From positions 704,001 through 768,000 of the forward strand of contig OZ245040.1 in NCBI GenBank assembly GCA_965224195.1: a stretch of 64,000 nucleotides of DNA. Reading direction: 5' to 3'. This stretch comes from Nitrosopumilus sp. GTDB taxonomy: Archaea > Thermoproteota > Nitrososphaeria > Nitrososphaerales > Nitrosopumilaceae. The translations under genes and the position numbers were made by a program. Below, one piece after another: positions 20,368-30,435 of this stretch. Every line of letters starts with the position of its first letter. Position 1 is the stretch's first letter. The notes beneath the pieces are model-generated. The model had not been told where the DNA came from and searched no databases. It saw nothing but the letters and a program-made list of their open reading frames with translations.

Positions 20368-20655
20368 TTAGTTAAATTTGGCAAAAAATTCTTTGATCTC
20401 TTTTGAATGACTCTCTACTAATTCGATAATCTCAATGTGTTCTCCGGCAGTAGGCTCTCTCTGGTGTACAACTTGAAATGCGCCAAGTGCAGAACCGACC
20501 ATTTCTCCAACAAAAAACCCACATAAAAAATCCCCAATATTTCCACAGTCCCAAGTTTCACCGATTCTTGGAGATGCACCTGCAGACTTGTATAACTCCA
20601 AAGTCTGTTCAATTAAATCTGTTGTCTGTTTTGCAAATTCAGGATCAAGGGTCAT
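20368..20655 (-). CDS. Hypothetical protein (95 aa)
   Basis: Clean ORF immediately downstream of rpl6 on the same strand. Confidence 0.75.
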   Translation of the reverse strand: MTLDPEFAKQTTDLIEQTLELYKSAGASPRIGETWDCGNIGDFLCGFFVGEMVGSALGAFQVVHQREPTAGEHIEIIELVESHSKEIKEFFAKFN

Positions 20656-20671
20656 TTGTTAGATTGGAGTT

Positions 20672-21229
20672 TTACTTGTCTATGCCTTTTTTCTTTTCAA
20701 ATACATATACACCGTCAAGGAACACCCTATGGTCTTTGTTCTTTACTTTGGATTTTAATTCAATGTTAGCAGCTGTTTGTGTTATGTCTGTCCACACCTC
20801 ACCAGCAAGTATGACGTCTTCCCCTTTGGGAATTACTTTGGTGTTTCCAACCGTGTGTGCAATTCTTGGTGCTCGCTCTCCCTGAAAATTCTCAATTATG
20901 ATTTTCTTTCCCTCCACTTTAACTGTAATTGGAAAGTGAGAAAACACAATTTTCATTTTTATTGTGTATCCAGTAACTAGGCCTTCACAAATATTTCTGA
21001 TGATTGATCTTGCAGTGTGCAATATTGCATAATCTCTTTTTTTATGTTCAATTGTAGTCAGGAGAATTTTGCCTTTTGCAATTTCAATATTCACTGGAAT
21101 GCTTCTAAAGTTTTTGTGGGTTTTTCCTAATGGTCCGACAAAATGCAACATGTGTTTCTTTAGTGAGACAGTTACCCCTTCAGGGATTGCTATCTCGTCT
21201 TTGAATTCTTCAATTTGTTTAGTAGACAT
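20672..21229 (-). CDS. rpl6: 50S ribosomal protein L6 (uL6)
   Basis: IPEGVTV, GPLGK, NFQGERAPR and DHRVFLDGVY. Confidence 0.97.
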   Translation of the reverse strand: MSTKQIEEFKDEIAIPEGVTVSLKKHMLHFVGPLGKTHKNFRSIPVNIEIAKGKILLTTIEHKKRDYAILHTARSIIRNICEGLVTGYTIKMKIVFSHFPITVKVEGKKIIIENFQGERAPRIAHTVGNTKVIPKGEDVILAGEVWTDITQTAANIELKSKVKNKDHRVFLDGVYVFEKKKGIDK

Positions 21230-21611
21230 AACCTATCAAAAATCCTCCAATTCCTTTTGTTAGTGCTTCATGATGGGACATTACTCCTTGGTTTGTTGTT
21301 ACCAAAAGCATTCCTCTGTCATATGCCGGCAAATATTGCTGCTCCCAACTGTTGTATTCGTCAGTTTTAACTTTGAATCTTGGGGAGATTGCACCACATT
21401 TTATAATTTTTGCCAATAGTTTAATTTTAAATTTTCCGCCTCTTTTGTCATCGATGTGTTCAAACTCTCCAATGTAGCCGTCTTTTTGAAGTGTTTTTAG
21501 AACTTCAATGCCTAGTTTTGATGTTGGAAGTATAACGCAATCGGTATTTCTTCTTGCTTCATTATTGTAAAGTGTGACAAATAGATTTGCTAAGATGTTT
21601 GTTGCCGGCAT
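21219..21611 (-). CDS. rps8: 30S ribosomal protein S8 (uS8)
   Basis: GYIGEFEHIDDKRGGK, CGAISPRF, TTNQGVMSH and GGFLIGYVY. Confidence 0.97.
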   Translation of the reverse strand: MPATNILANLFVTLYNNEARRNTDCVILPTSKLGIEVLKTLQKDGYIGEFEHIDDKRGGKFKIKLLAKIIKCGAISPRFKVKTDEYNSWEQQYLPAYDRGMLLVTTNQGVMSHHEALTKGIGGFLIGYVY

Positions 21612-21617
21612 GTTATA

Positions 21618-21797
21618 TCACTTGTTTTTCCTGAACCCTAAAGATGTTGCTACTTCTCTGAAGCATCGTCTACATAACATTAAATCATATTTTTGTATAA
21701 CTGCTGTATAGTCTCCGCATCTTTTACACCATCTGGAACCTCTTCCAAAGTCATGTTTTTTTCTTCCAGTTGCTTCGTATGATCTATCTTTTGGCAT
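21618..21797 (-). CDS. rps14: 30S ribosomal protein S14 (uS14), 59 aa, below the ORF-track cutoff
   Basis: Manual translation: MPKDRSYEATGRKKHDFGRGSRWCKRCGDYTAVIQKYDLMLCRRCFREVATSLGFRKNK. Confidence 0.95.
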   Translation of the reverse strand: MPKDRSYEATGRKKHDFGRGSRWCKRCGDYTAVIQKYDLMLCRRCFREVATSLGFRKNK

Positions 21798-22318
21798 TAT
21801 GTTATGGTCACTCCAAATTCTTTTGCTAGATAATCTTTTGCTTCTTGACTTTTGATGAGATGATTTTTTCCAACTCTTGCCTTGTGTTTACTTCGAGTTC
21901 TAATTCCATATCCGGGTCTAGCTAATGCAATTGAAATTCCTAATCCTAAAATTCCCAATTGTGGATCATATTTTACACCTGGAATGTCTATGTGTTCATT
22001 AATTCCAAATGAAAAGTTTCCAAAATTATCAAATGATTTACCGTTAACTGTATTGCCTTTGGCTTCAAGCAGCCTTTTCAACAACATTACTGCATCATCG
22101 CCGCGAACTGTCACTGCTACTCCTATTGGTTCTCCTTTTCTTACTCCCCAATCTCTGTATGCTGATTTTGCATTACGCGTAGAAGGTTTTTTTCCAGAAA
22201 TTTGCTGCAATGCAACTCCTGCAGTAGTAATTGCATCTCCTGATTTACCCAAGCCCATGTTTAGAACAACTTTCTCTAAAGAGATTTTCTTCATTGGGGA
22301 TTCTGCTGCTTGGGACAT
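21797..22318 (-). CDS. rpl5: 50S ribosomal protein L5 (uL5)
   Basis: KVVLNMG, GVRKGEPIGVAVTVRG and FDNFGNFSFGINEHIDIPG. Confidence 0.97.
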   Translation of the reverse strand: MSQAAESPMKKISLEKVVLNMGLGKSGDAITTAGVALQQISGKKPSTRNAKSAYRDWGVRKGEPIGVAVTVRGDDAVMLLKRLLEAKGNTVNGKSFDNFGNFSFGINEHIDIPGVKYDPQLGILGLGISIALARPGYGIRTRSKHKARVGKNHLIKSQEAKDYLAKEFGVTIT

Positions 22319-22322
22319 GAGA

Positions 22323-23039
22323 TCACTTTAATTGAATTATTGGCTCCTGTTTTCCAATTGGCATAATGATGTCTGCAGGAATTTCTATTTTTCTATCTTC
22401 TAATGAAAGGATGACTCTCTTTGGAAGACTGAATGTTCCCTCTTCAATAGTTTCAATTTTACCAATTTGACCTGCGTTGTTTCCTCTTGTGACGAGTCCT
22501 TGAGAACCTGCTTCTAATTTAACAACTTCAAGAATTTTTTGTTCTGGAACTTGAATTAAACATGCATCACCGACATTTACTTTGGTATCTGAAACAATTG
22601 AACGGCCATCATGGAATCCAATTTGTAATTTCCCTTTGTTAATTGTAGTTTTAGTTGTAACTCTAACTAACTTTTTAGATTTTTCTGATTCGTTAATTTT
22701 AATTGGTTTTAACAATTTGTCTTCTGTTGGAACTAGGCGATAAATATCTGAAACATTTGCTAGTTCTACAACATCCATTAATCCAATTGAATGGTGAAGT
22801 GATTTTCTAACAACACCGTCAATTTTTACATTTCCAGAATAAATTGAAGCCTTTGCTTCTCTTAGACTTGTAACGATGTTTAGCATATCTCTAAGAAAAA
22901 CTGCAGTTGGTATAGAGTAACTTTTTGCATGTGAACCTGGTTTTACAGTAATTACAAATCTCTTGTCTTTTCTGGTAATTCCCCAGAATTGTGGAGCCAT
23001 TTGACGTTTGAGTTTCTTACTACCTGCGATACTAACCAT
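22323..23039 (-). CDS. rps4e: 30S ribosomal protein S4e (eS4)
   Basis: KKLKRQMAPQFW, IGLMDVV, QIGFHDGR and TRGNNAGQIG. Confidence 0.96.
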   Translation of the reverse strand: MVSIAGSKKLKRQMAPQFWGITRKDKRFVITVKPGSHAKSYSIPTAVFLRDMLNIVTSLREAKASIYSGNVKIDGVVRKSLHHSIGLMDVVELANVSDIYRLVPTEDKLLKPIKINESEKSKKLVRVTTKTTINKGKLQIGFHDGRSIVSDTKVNVGDACLIQVPEQKILEVVKLEAGSQGLVTRGNNAGQIGKIETIEEGTFSLPKRVILSLEDRKIEIPADIIMPIGKQEPIIQLK

Positions 23040-23506
23040 TAATTGCCATCTTCCTCTTTTTTGACTTTTTCTGCTCCTTTTGTTTCTTTAGGGGCCACTT
23101 TTACAGGCTCTGTTTCTGTTTCAATTTTTACTTTTTCTGTTTTTGGTTGTTTTCTAGGATCTTTTCCTTCAAGTTTTGCAATTCTCCATTTGTCTTCTGT
23201 ATTTAATGAAGTAACTACAAGATTAGATGTGTGAATGTAAACGTCAAATTTATCTCCTTTAGTTTTTTCTTTCTTTACTCCTTCAATTGCAACACTGCTT
23301 TTTTGTGTAGATATTTTTGCTATTTTACCGTCAACTCCTTTGAATTCCCCTCTTAGAATGGTAACGCCATCCCCTTCTACAACTCTTACGCTTCTTTTAC
23401 CGTATTTTTTATGAAGATCTTTAGAAAGTGCACTTCCAAGTTGTTTACTTTTAGTTTTGTAAGTTGCCTGATAAATCATCTGGTTGCGCATTTTAGTTGG
23501 TTTCAT
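23039..23506 (-). CDS. rpl24: 50S ribosomal protein L24 (uL24)
   Basis: [34 protein letters not shown] motif. Confidence 0.95.
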   Translation of the reverse strand: MKPTKMRNQMIYQATYKTKSKQLGSALSKDLHKKYGKRSVRVVEGDGVTILRGEFKGVDGKIAKISTQKSSVAIEGVKKEKTKGDKFDVYIHTSNLVVTSLNTEDKWRIAKLEGKDPRKQPKTEKVKIETETEPVKVAPKETKGAEKVKKEEDGN

Positions 23507-23510
23507 TTTA

Positions 23511-23933
23511 TTATACCACCATTGATGCCAAGTTAGCTACCCTTGGCCATTTTTCTGTAGCTTCTGCTGCAACTGGTCCTTTGATGTCTGTTCCTTTAGT
23601 TTCTCCTTCTGGAGTGATAAGCACTGCTGCGTTATCTTCAAAACAAACTCTTACACCGTTTAATCTTCTAACTGCATATTTTTGTCTAATAATTACTGCG
23701 CCATACACTTGTTTTCTCAACTCTGCAGGTCCTTTCTTTACTACAACATTACAAAAATCGCCAACAGATGCTGATGCCAATCTAGATGATCTTGTTTTAT
23801 GTCTTGGAACATTGATTACCTCTAAAATTTTAGCGCCAGAATTATCTGCACATACAATATTTGCACCGACAGGAATTACTTTGGTAACATATGGCCTGAA
23901 TTCCTCTACTCCTTTGCCTGCTTGTTTTGCCAT
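23511..23933 (-). CDS. rpl14: 50S ribosomal protein L14 (uL14)
   Basis: [19 protein letters not shown] and GPVAAE. Confidence 0.97.
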   Translation of the reverse strand: MAKQAGKGVEEFRPYVTKVIPVGANIVCADNSGAKILEVINVPRHKTRSSRLASASVGDFCNVVVKKGPAELRKQVYGAVIIRQKYAVRRLNGVRVCFEDNAAVLITPEGETKGTDIKGPVAAEATEKWPRVANLASMVV

Positions 23934-24256
23934 TATGCTTTAACCTCCACAACAACATATGATACTGATTTTGAGATCGGTCTACATTCTGCAGTTAAAA
24001 CATGATCTCCTGCTTCAACATCTATGCAGCCTGGTACGTGTGCGTGAATTGTACTTGTACCTCTTGCATATCTCTTAAATTTACTAAAGTAAATTGGTGC
24101 ATCTTTTTGTAATGTAATGGTCTGTTTTGCTTTGGCTCCTGTTACTTTACCGTCAAAGAGTTTTCCTCTGATTGATAATCCGCCATGGAATGGACAATTT
24201 TTGTCTTCACATTCTCTAGTTGGTCCTTTAACTTTTAATCCGATATTTTGAGTCAT
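23933..24256 (-). CDS. rps17: 30S ribosomal protein S17 (uS17)
   Basis: DKNCPFHG and AECRPISKSVSYVV. Confidence 0.96.
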   Translation of the reverse strand: MTQNIGLKVKGPTRECEDKNCPFHGGLSIRGKLFDGKVTGAKAKQTITLQKDAPIYFSKFKRYARGTSTIHAHVPGCIDVEAGDHVLTAECRPISKSVSYVVVEVKA

Positions 24257-24519
24257 GCTTTTCCTCCGATTCTATCAAATGGTCTTTTTGTAATTTTTAC
24301 ACCTTCAACTACCACATCCTTACCTTGAATGAAGAATTTCCAACTGCTGGTTGACTTTGCAATGGATTTTGAACCATTTTCTGTGTTTATTGTAAACATT
24401 GATTTTGTTTCATTGATAATTCTTCCATTTAATCCTATTACTTGTGGGTTGGTAGATTGAATGATCTCAGTATCTAATCCGATAAATTCATGCGATGTTA
24501 TGTTATCTGTAGTAATCAT
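24253..24519 (-). CDS. rnp1: Ribonuclease P protein component 1 (Rpp29/Pop4)
   Basis: HEFIGL, GLNGRIINETK and RPFDRI; conserved position between L29 and S17. Confidence 0.9.
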   Translation of the reverse strand: MITTDNITSHEFIGLDTEIIQSTNPQVIGLNGRIINETKSMFTINTENGSKSIAKSTSSWKFFIQGKDVVVEGVKITKRPFDRIGGKA

Positions 24520-24722
24520 CTCTCTTTCCTCATTTCAGTTAGTCTAGTGAGCATTCTTGCAATATCATGTCGTAATGGTTTTAGTTTTCCACTTTCTTTT
24601 CGTAATGTCCCTTTAGAGCCATCAATTCTAAGTTTAGCAAGTTCACTACGTGATTCTTGAATTTTGCTTTTAAGATCTTTTTCATTTAATTGTTTAATTG
24701 TCTTCATGGTGAGTCTGGTCAT
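24516..24722 (-). CDS. rpl29: 50S ribosomal protein L29 (uL29)
   Basis: 68 aa with [10 protein letters not shown]; conserved position. Confidence 0.93.
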   Translation of the reverse strand: MTRLTMKTIKQLNEKDLKSKIQESRSELAKLRIDGSKGTLRKESGKLKPLRHDIARMLTRLTEMRKER

Positions 24723-25537
24723 TTCAGTTTGGCCTCCTCTTCTTCTAATGTTTCAAGTGTTTCCATTTTCTTTGATTCAAGTGCAATTTTTTCAGATTCT
24801 GATTCTGCATCATCTTTTTTACCTTCTACTTTGACAACTTCTACTTTAGCACCTTCGACTTCTATTTCTTCAACTTTGATTTTTACATCTTTAGGTTTAT
24901 CGTCTTTAGATTTATCACCTTTAGATTGTCTTGATTTTGTTGCTTTTTCAGTTCTCATTTCAAATTCTGGAACGAGTTTTTCTTTTTTTGCAATTCTAAT
25001 CCTAACTCCAATTAATCCCATTGCTGTTTTTACGTGTGCAATGTCTTCATCTACTATGATTTCAGCATGATGCCCTGCTCTTGGTAAAATCCCTTGAGTG
25101 TGTTTTTCAAATGCTGAACGGTCCCCTCTGAGTTTTCCGGAAATTGTAATTTGAACGCCCATTGCGCCGCCTTCCATTATTTGCTTAAGTGTCCACATGG
25201 TTGCTCTTCTAAAGGCCGTTCCTCTTTCCAAGTGTGATGCCATTCTGTTACACATTACACTTGGTGCCAATTCTGGTTTTTCAATCTCAACAACTGAAAT
25301 TTGTGGGTTTTTTAATCCAAAGTCTGTTGCAAGTTTATCGGTAAGTGCTCTAATTCCTGAACCTTTTCTTCCAATTACAATTCCAGGTCTTGTCACATGT
25401 AATGCAACTCTGGTACCTACAGGAGTTTTTGATATTTCTGCATGGGAGAAACCTGCGTCTTTGATTGCTTCTCTAAGGTAGTCTTTGAGTAGCATCATGT
25501 TATAGTTGTCTTTAATTACATTTTTTACAGCTGACAT
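24719..25537 (-). CDS. rps3: 30S ribosomal protein S3 (uS3)
   Basis: KH domain [22 protein letters not shown] and a charged C-terminal tail. Confidence 0.97.
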   Translation of the reverse strand: MSAVKNVIKDNYNMMLLKDYLREAIKDAGFSHAEISKTPVGTRVALHVTRPGIVIGRKGSGIRALTDKLATDFGLKNPQISVVEIEKPELAPSVMCNRMASHLERGTAFRRATMWTLKQIMEGGAMGVQITISGKLRGDRSAFEKHTQGILPRAGHHAEIIVDEDIAHVKTAMGLIGVRIRIAKKEKLVPEFEMRTEKATKSRQSKGDKSKDDKPKDVKIKVEEIEVEGAKVEVVKVEGKKDDAESESEKIALESKKMETLETLEEEEAKLK

Positions 25538-25539
25538 TT

Positions 25540-25998
25540 CTAAATCTCCTTTGCCACCAATTCTACATGTGTTAATACATTGTTCTTTGCAGTTGCTCTT
25601 CCCATTGCTCTTGGGGTGAATCTTTTTACAACAACTCCTTTGTGAACAGTTGCGTTTACAATTCTTAATCTATCTAAATCCATTCCTTTGTATTCTGCAT
25701 TTGATTCTAAATTATCTAAAACTTTGATGAATTCTTTTGCAGTTTTTTGTGGATAACGTCCTGACATTACTCCTGGATCTGGTCTATGTGCAACTTGATT
25801 TTTGTATCTTCCAAATGGAACTGCTCTTTTTTTGTTAATTACTGCAATAAGATAATCTCTTGCTTTTTCAATTGATAATCCTTTAATTGAAACTGCAACT
25901 TCACGTGCATGTTTGTGTGAAATGTCTTTTTCACGAAGTGAAGAACGTACATGTCTAGTTGGGTCATAATTTTGGAATGCGTAATTGAATCTACCCAT
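25540..25998 (-). CDS. rpl22: 50S ribosomal protein L22 (uL22)
   Basis: [23 protein letters not shown] and PRAMGRA; likely start is MGRFNY. Confidence 0.96.
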   Translation of the reverse strand: MGRFNYAFQNYDPTRHVRSSLREKDISHKHAREVAVSIKGLSIEKARDYLIAVINKKRAVPFGRYKNQVAHRPDPGVMSGRYPQKTAKEFIKVLDNLESNAEYKGMDLDRLRIVNATVHKGVVVKRFTPRAMGRATAKNNVLTHVELVAKEI

Positions 25999-26003
25999 AA
26001 TAA

Positions 26004-26399
26004 TCACTTTAATGGTACATAGAGGCTGGATCTTGATGCACCTACACCTGGGGCACCATGTGAAACCTTCTTGTTCGTTATTACATACTCTCCCAAATAA
26101 TGCCCAATCATTTCAGTTGCTATTACAACTGGTTGGAATTCTTTTCCGGAGAATGTGTTTACTGTAACGCCTACCATGTATGGCAGAACAATCAAATCTC
26201 TTACATGAGTTTTGATAGGGTTTTTTAATTTACCTGCTTTTGCAGATTTAATCTCTTCAATCAATTTTCTTTTTCCATCTGTAATCCCTCTAGTGAGTGA
26301 TCGTCTTTGTCTGGAATTAAATAATAAGAATAATTTTTCTAGTGACAAACTGTCTAGTTCCTCTTTTGGAATGCCTCTGTATAAAAATTCTTTAGCCAT
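26004..26399 (-). CDS. rps19: 30S ribosomal protein S19 (uS19)
   Basis: IKTHVRD, MIGHYLGEY and GASRSSLYVPLK. Confidence 0.97.
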   Translation of the reverse strand: MAKEFLYRGIPKEELDSLSLEKLFLLFNSRQRRSLTRGITDGKRKLIEEIKSAKAGKLKNPIKTHVRDLIVLPYMVGVTVNTFSGKEFQPVVIATEMIGHYLGEYVITNKKVSHGAPGVGASRSSLYVPLK

Positions 26400-26440
26400 C
26401 TCTATTCTCCTCTGTTAGTGTTCGAGTTCTATGGTCCATA

Positions 26441-26707
26441 TTATAGCATTCCTATCTTTGTTGCCAAATCTCTGGCTTTTTCGGTATTTTCAAACTGAAC
26501 AAATGCTTTTTTGCCGTAAATTGTTCTTGCAGTATTTACTTTTTTGACATTTTGATTGTACAGTGTCTTCACTGCTTCTGAAATTTCTGATTTATTTGCG
26601 GATATCTCTACTATGAAACAAATTTTACTTTCATTCTCTACCATTGCAAAAGTTTTTTCCGTAATGTGCGGCTTGATGATAATTTTCATTGCTTGATCTA
26701 CATTCAT
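26441..26707 (-). CDS. rpl23: 50S ribosomal protein L23 (uL23)
   Basis: PHITEK, ANKSEI, KVNT and KKAFV. Confidence 0.95.
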   Translation of the reverse strand: MNVDQAMKIIIKPHITEKTFAMVENESKICFIVEISANKSEISEAVKTLYNQNVKKVNTARTIYGKKAFVQFENTEKARDLATKIGML

Positions 26708-27516
26708 TGTATTTTCACCATTACTTTGAGATGTGTTGATTTTATTTTTCCAATTTCTTCTATTGCGGATTTGGAATATACTGTTAATCTAATTGGATCA
26801 GAACCTGGGGCTAAATCTAATACGCTCAGGTCTTTGACATTTCTTACTTCTACGCCTGGCAATGCACCTGTTGCTTGTGAAAGATTAGTTGAATTAAAAG
26901 TTACAAACAAAACACTCTTGCCTACTTTCTTGGTTCTGCCTCTAAGTCTTGATTGTCCAGAACGTGGTTTTCTTGCGTCTAATCTTTCAACGTCTTGTGA
27001 TAATTTTAAGGCGTCTAAGACTTTGGTAATTTCACTTGTTTTAGAGATAGATTCAATGTCATCTGACACTATAATTGGGAATGATTCTATTCCTTTCACT
27101 TTGTGACCTCTTAATTCCACAAGATCTTTTGATGCCGTTGCTGCAATTGCAGAACATAATGCTAGTTTGTTCTCTTTTTTGTTTAATTTTTTGTAAATTA
27201 CCTTCTCAACAATTGGTGGATGTGCTTGTCTTCCACCTCTAGTAGATGCGACTTCAGCTCCTTGACCTTGTCTTCCGCCGCCCCCACCTTGCATTCTTGC
27301 AACACGAGATACGCCTTGACCTGTTGGAGGATCATTAGAATCTGCAACTACGTCCATGCCTGCCATTGGTTTTCTTCCTTGTCTTTGGAATTTGTGAGAT
27401 GTTAAATTAGTAACAGCTTTGTGAATTAGGTCTCTTCTAAATGGAGTTGAGAATATTATTGGTAATTCAATTTCTGCATCTTTAGTTCCTGTTGTTGTGT
27501 AAGTTGATGTTTTCAT
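26704..27516 (-). CDS. rpl4: 50S ribosomal protein L4 (uL4)
   Basis: RRDLIHKA, GGRQAHPP, KLNKKE and LDLAPG. Confidence 0.96.
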   Translation of the reverse strand: MKTSTYTTTGTKDAEIELPIIFSTPFRRDLIHKAVTNLTSHKFQRQGRKPMAGMDVVADSNDPPTGQGVSRVARMQGGGGGRQGQGAEVASTRGGRQAHPPIVEKVIYKKLNKKENKLALCSAIAATASKDLVELRGHKVKGIESFPIIVSDDIESISKTSEITKVLDALKLSQDVERLDARKPRSGQSRLRGRTKKVGKSVLFVTFNSTNLSQATGALPGVEVRNVKDLSVLDLAPGSDPIRLTVYSKSAIEEIGKIKSTHLKVMVKIQ

Positions 27517-28511
27517 TATACTACAACCTCCAAGATGTTTGGTTTATTGACTTTAACTGGTGCATTTCTAATTTGACTTCTTAGTTTGATTAATCTCTTG
27601 TATGTTCCTGGAACTGAACCTTTTAGAATGATGAAATCCCCTTTAACTAAACCAAAGTGTTTGTATCCACCATCTGGATTAATTTTTATTTCATCTGATT
27701 CGGTATTTCCCATAATCATAATTCGTTTATCATATTCTACTCTTTGATGGAATCCTGTCTGTCCTGATCTTGGAACTGTATACATGACACTTTGTGGTGA
27801 AATAGGGCCTAATGAACCAACTTCTCTAACAGTCTTTCTTGATTTGTGTTGTTTCTTTTTTACACCCCATCTTCTCATTGTACCTTGCCATCCATGACCT
27901 TTAGTAATTGCTGCAACATCTACAGTTGAACCTGTTTCAAAAATTTGATCAATTTTAATTTCTTTACCTAAATGTTCTTTGACATGTGCAAATTGTTTTG
28001 CAATGTCTCCTCCACTAACCATTGATTCAAAAACATATGGTTTTTTCATTTCTAATCCTGCTGCCCTTGGTGAAACTGCAACAATTGCGTAAATTTCTTT
28101 AATTTTTCTTAATCTTGATTCTGCATTTTCCATTGATCCTGCAATATTTTTAATTGTAATTTCTTTGGCAATATTTTTTGGAATGTCTTCTGCATACACA
28201 TCAAATTCTGCATGCTTGCCATCATGATCTTTTGAATATCCTCTAATTCCCAAAATCAATACTGGTGGAGTTACTAGCACTGTTCCTAAACTTACTAGTT
28301 GTTTTCCTGCGTTTGGAACTTTATCACGATCATCAATACTGACAATTTGAACACAGCCTGCTTTGAAACCACAATGTGCTAAAAATTTTGGCTCTTCAGT
28401 AGATGATCTTACTGGCCAAGCTCTAATTCTTGCCTCCATTGTCTTTGCACGTACTCTACGTGAGTATGCAAGACTCCCTCTACGTGGTTGATGTCTTTTT
28501 CGAGCTCCCAT
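27516..28511 (-). CDS. rpl3: 50S ribosomal protein L3 (uL3)
   Basis: PRRGSLAY, GFKAG, ITKGHGWQG, GFHQRVEYDKRI and LKGSVPG. Confidence 0.97.
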   Translation of the reverse strand: MGARKRHQPRRGSLAYSRRVRAKTMEARIRAWPVRSSTEEPKFLAHCGFKAGCVQIVSIDDRDKVPNAGKQLVSLGTVLVTPPVLILGIRGYSKDHDGKHAEFDVYAEDIPKNIAKEITIKNIAGSMENAESRLRKIKEIYAIVAVSPRAAGLEMKKPYVFESMVSGGDIAKQFAHVKEHLGKEIKIDQIFETGSTVDVAAITKGHGWQGTMRRWGVKKKQHKSRKTVREVGSLGPISPQSVMYTVPRSGQTGFHQRVEYDKRIMIMGNTESDEIKINPDGGYKHFGLVKGDFIILKGSVPGTYKRLIKLRSQIRNAPVKVNKPNILEVVV

Positions 28512-28559
28512 GACTAAATCGCATCATCGATTTCCCTCTATTAAACCATGTGAGGTATC

Positions 28560-28587
28560 GTTAACCATTAAAAAAATCTAGGTTAAC
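28560..28587. promoter_or_regulatory. GTTAAC-N16-GTTAAC motif upstream of the rpl3 promoter
   Basis: GTTAAC at 28560-28565 and 28582-28587, with a TATA-like TTTAATAG on - at 28545-28538. Confidence 0.4.
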
Positions 28588-28604
28588 CAACTATGCCTAA
28601 TTTG

Positions 28605-28715
28605 TTATGGTGAAAATAATTCTGAGACGGAATTCCAAATTGTATATCCTCCAATTATGATTCCAAAAATGCCTAAACCAATTGCAAGCAGCAAAAAATT
28701 TTTTCTTTCAGGCAT
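28605..28715 (-). CDS. Small membrane protein (36 aa)
   Basis: MPERKNFLLLAIGLGIFGIIIGGYTIWNSVSELFSP, starting just after the methyltransferase stop. Confidence 0.5.
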   Translation of the reverse strand: MPERKNFLLLAIGLGIFGIIIGGYTIWNSVSELFSP

Positions 28716-28722
28716 TTTCTGA

Positions 28723-29532
28723 TTAGTTATTGGCGTTAATTATTGCCAACGTTCCTAGTAGTGCTTCTTCTAGACGTACAGTTTCAGTTGCTTGGTTTGG
28801 GAAAAAGTTTATTGATTTTGCATTTTGAACTTTATTCATTCTTCCTCCAATTATCTCGTGAACTCCTTTTTCAGGTGATCCAAAGACAACCAGGGTATGT
28901 CCGTCTGATTTTGTATATTTTGATAATTGTTCATTTGATACTGGTTTACCTTTTCTTGATGTTATGATGATGTTTCCTTTCCATTCTGATAGTATGGAAA
29001 ACAAATTTGCTCTTTCTTTTACTGAATATCCCCAATATTCTGGAACTTCACTTTTATCAATATCCTTGATTGATAGTTTAGGGTATCCTTCTTTGAATTT
29101 TACAGTTAATCTTTTCCCATTTGTAACATTGTTGCCATAATATCGAATTAATTGGTTAATTCCAACATCTACAAATTTTTCTCCCTTTGAACTTACTACT
29201 ATTCCTTCTCTAATGTCTCCTGCTTTAATTTTTTTAGAATTTACTGGTGTAACATGACTCGGAATTTTTAATGGTTGTAAAACTCCTGCAAATTTTAAAT
29301 CATTCATTTTTGGAAATAATCTTCTTCTCAAAAATTGAGGTGTTTCTAAATATCTTAGAATCATTATCATTAACCCTGGGTCTGTTTTTTTATTTCCTTC
29401 TTGATAGATGTAGATTGTATCAATTTTAAAAATTGCACAAGCTCTTGCTAGAATAGAAATTTTTCTAGTTTTGTCAATTTTGAGGGACTCATCTGATAAT
29501 GCAGACTCGGGAATCGCAACAGATAATTTCAA
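28723..29532 (-). CDS. SPOUT-family putative RNA methyltransferase (DUF171/SPOUT1-like)
   Basis: LSVAIP, ARACAIF, YLETPQFLRR, YWGY, VFGSPEKG and PNQATETVRLEEA. Confidence 0.88.
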   Translation of the reverse strand: MKLSVAIPESALSDESLKIDKTRKISILARACAIFKIDTIYIYQEGNKKTDPGLMIMILRYLETPQFLRRRLFPKMNDLKFAGVLQPLKIPSHVTPVNSKKIKAGDIREGIVVSSKGEKFVDVGINQLIRYYGNNVTNGKRLTVKFKEGYPKLSIKDIDKSEVPEYWGYSVKERANLFSILSEWKGNIIITSRKGKPVSNEQLSKYTKSDGHTLVVFGSPEKGVHEIIGGRMNKVQNAKSINFFPNQATETVRLEEALLGTLAIINANN

Positions 29533-29563
29533 TGTAATTTAATCTCGCAGGCTCTTAAAATAA

Positions 29564-30301
29564 TTATTTTTGTTCGTGTGGGTATTTTGTTTTAGCATCG
29601 GTTGCATATTTTGTAATTTGCTCATCTGATACTAATTCATACAATCCTGTTTCTTTTTTGATAACTGCCATTCTGATGTGACTTGTTCCTTTTTTATCTT
29701 CACTTGAAAGGTAAATTCCTGCAGAAGCTAATGTTGCAGCATCATTAAGTGATAGATCTTCTTTGTATGTTTTCTCTAAAAAGTCAGTTACTTGATCAGA
29801 ACCAGAACCAATTGCTATTGCATCATAAGAAATGAATGTTCCACTAGGATCTGTTAGATACAATTGCGGTGTGTTGTTTACAACCCCGCCAAGAATTAGT
29901 GCAACACCGTATGGTCTAACACCTGCGTATTGAGTATATTGTTGACATTGATCAGCTAAATGTTTAGCAATTGTTTCAACTTCAACTGGTTCATCATAAA
30001 TCATCTTGTTACTTTGTGAAAAGAATCTTGCATTGTCTACTTGACTTCTAGCATCTGGAATATATCCTGCTGCTGCAACTCCTACATGATCATCAATTTG
30101 AAAAATCTTTTGAGCTGTTTCTGAAATTTGTAATTTTCTTAGTTTTTCCTCTACTGCAATAACAATACCTTCTTTGCATTTTACGCCAACAGCAATTGTT
30201 CCTCTTCTTACAGTTTCAATAGCATATTCGACTTGGTATAGTCTGCCATCTGGTGAGAATACTGTAATTGCTCTATCGTAACCTTGTTGTGCAGGAAGCA
30301 T
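29564..30301 (-). CDS. psmA: Proteasome alpha subunit
   Basis: GYDRAITVFSPDGRLYQVEYA, RPYGVAL, TDPSG and AIGSG. Confidence 0.97.
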   Translation of the reverse strand: MLPAQQGYDRAITVFSPDGRLYQVEYAIETVRRGTIAVGVKCKEGIVIAVEEKLRKLQISETAQKIFQIDDHVGVAAAGYIPDARSQVDNARFFSQSNKMIYDEPVEVETIAKHLADQCQQYTQYAGVRPYGVALILGGVVNNTPQLYLTDPSGTFISYDAIAIGSGSDQVTDFLEKTYKEDLSLNDAATLASAGIYLSSEDKKGTSHIRMAVIKKETGLYELVSDEQITKYATDAKTKYPHEQK

Positions 30302-30435
30302 TTGATTGCAATGCTTTGATTATACAATTTAAACCATGCCCATAATTGAAAGTGATTTCTATGTTGATCGGAGCCTATATGTTTTGAAATATAATCAATC
30401 AAACGTTAATTTGAAACTGAATTTATGATGGATTT

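Noticed and set aside
26399-26441. rpl2 is missing between rpl23 and rps19
   Set aside because: There is no remnant or scar. Relocation of rpl2 is, to my knowledge, usual in this lineage.
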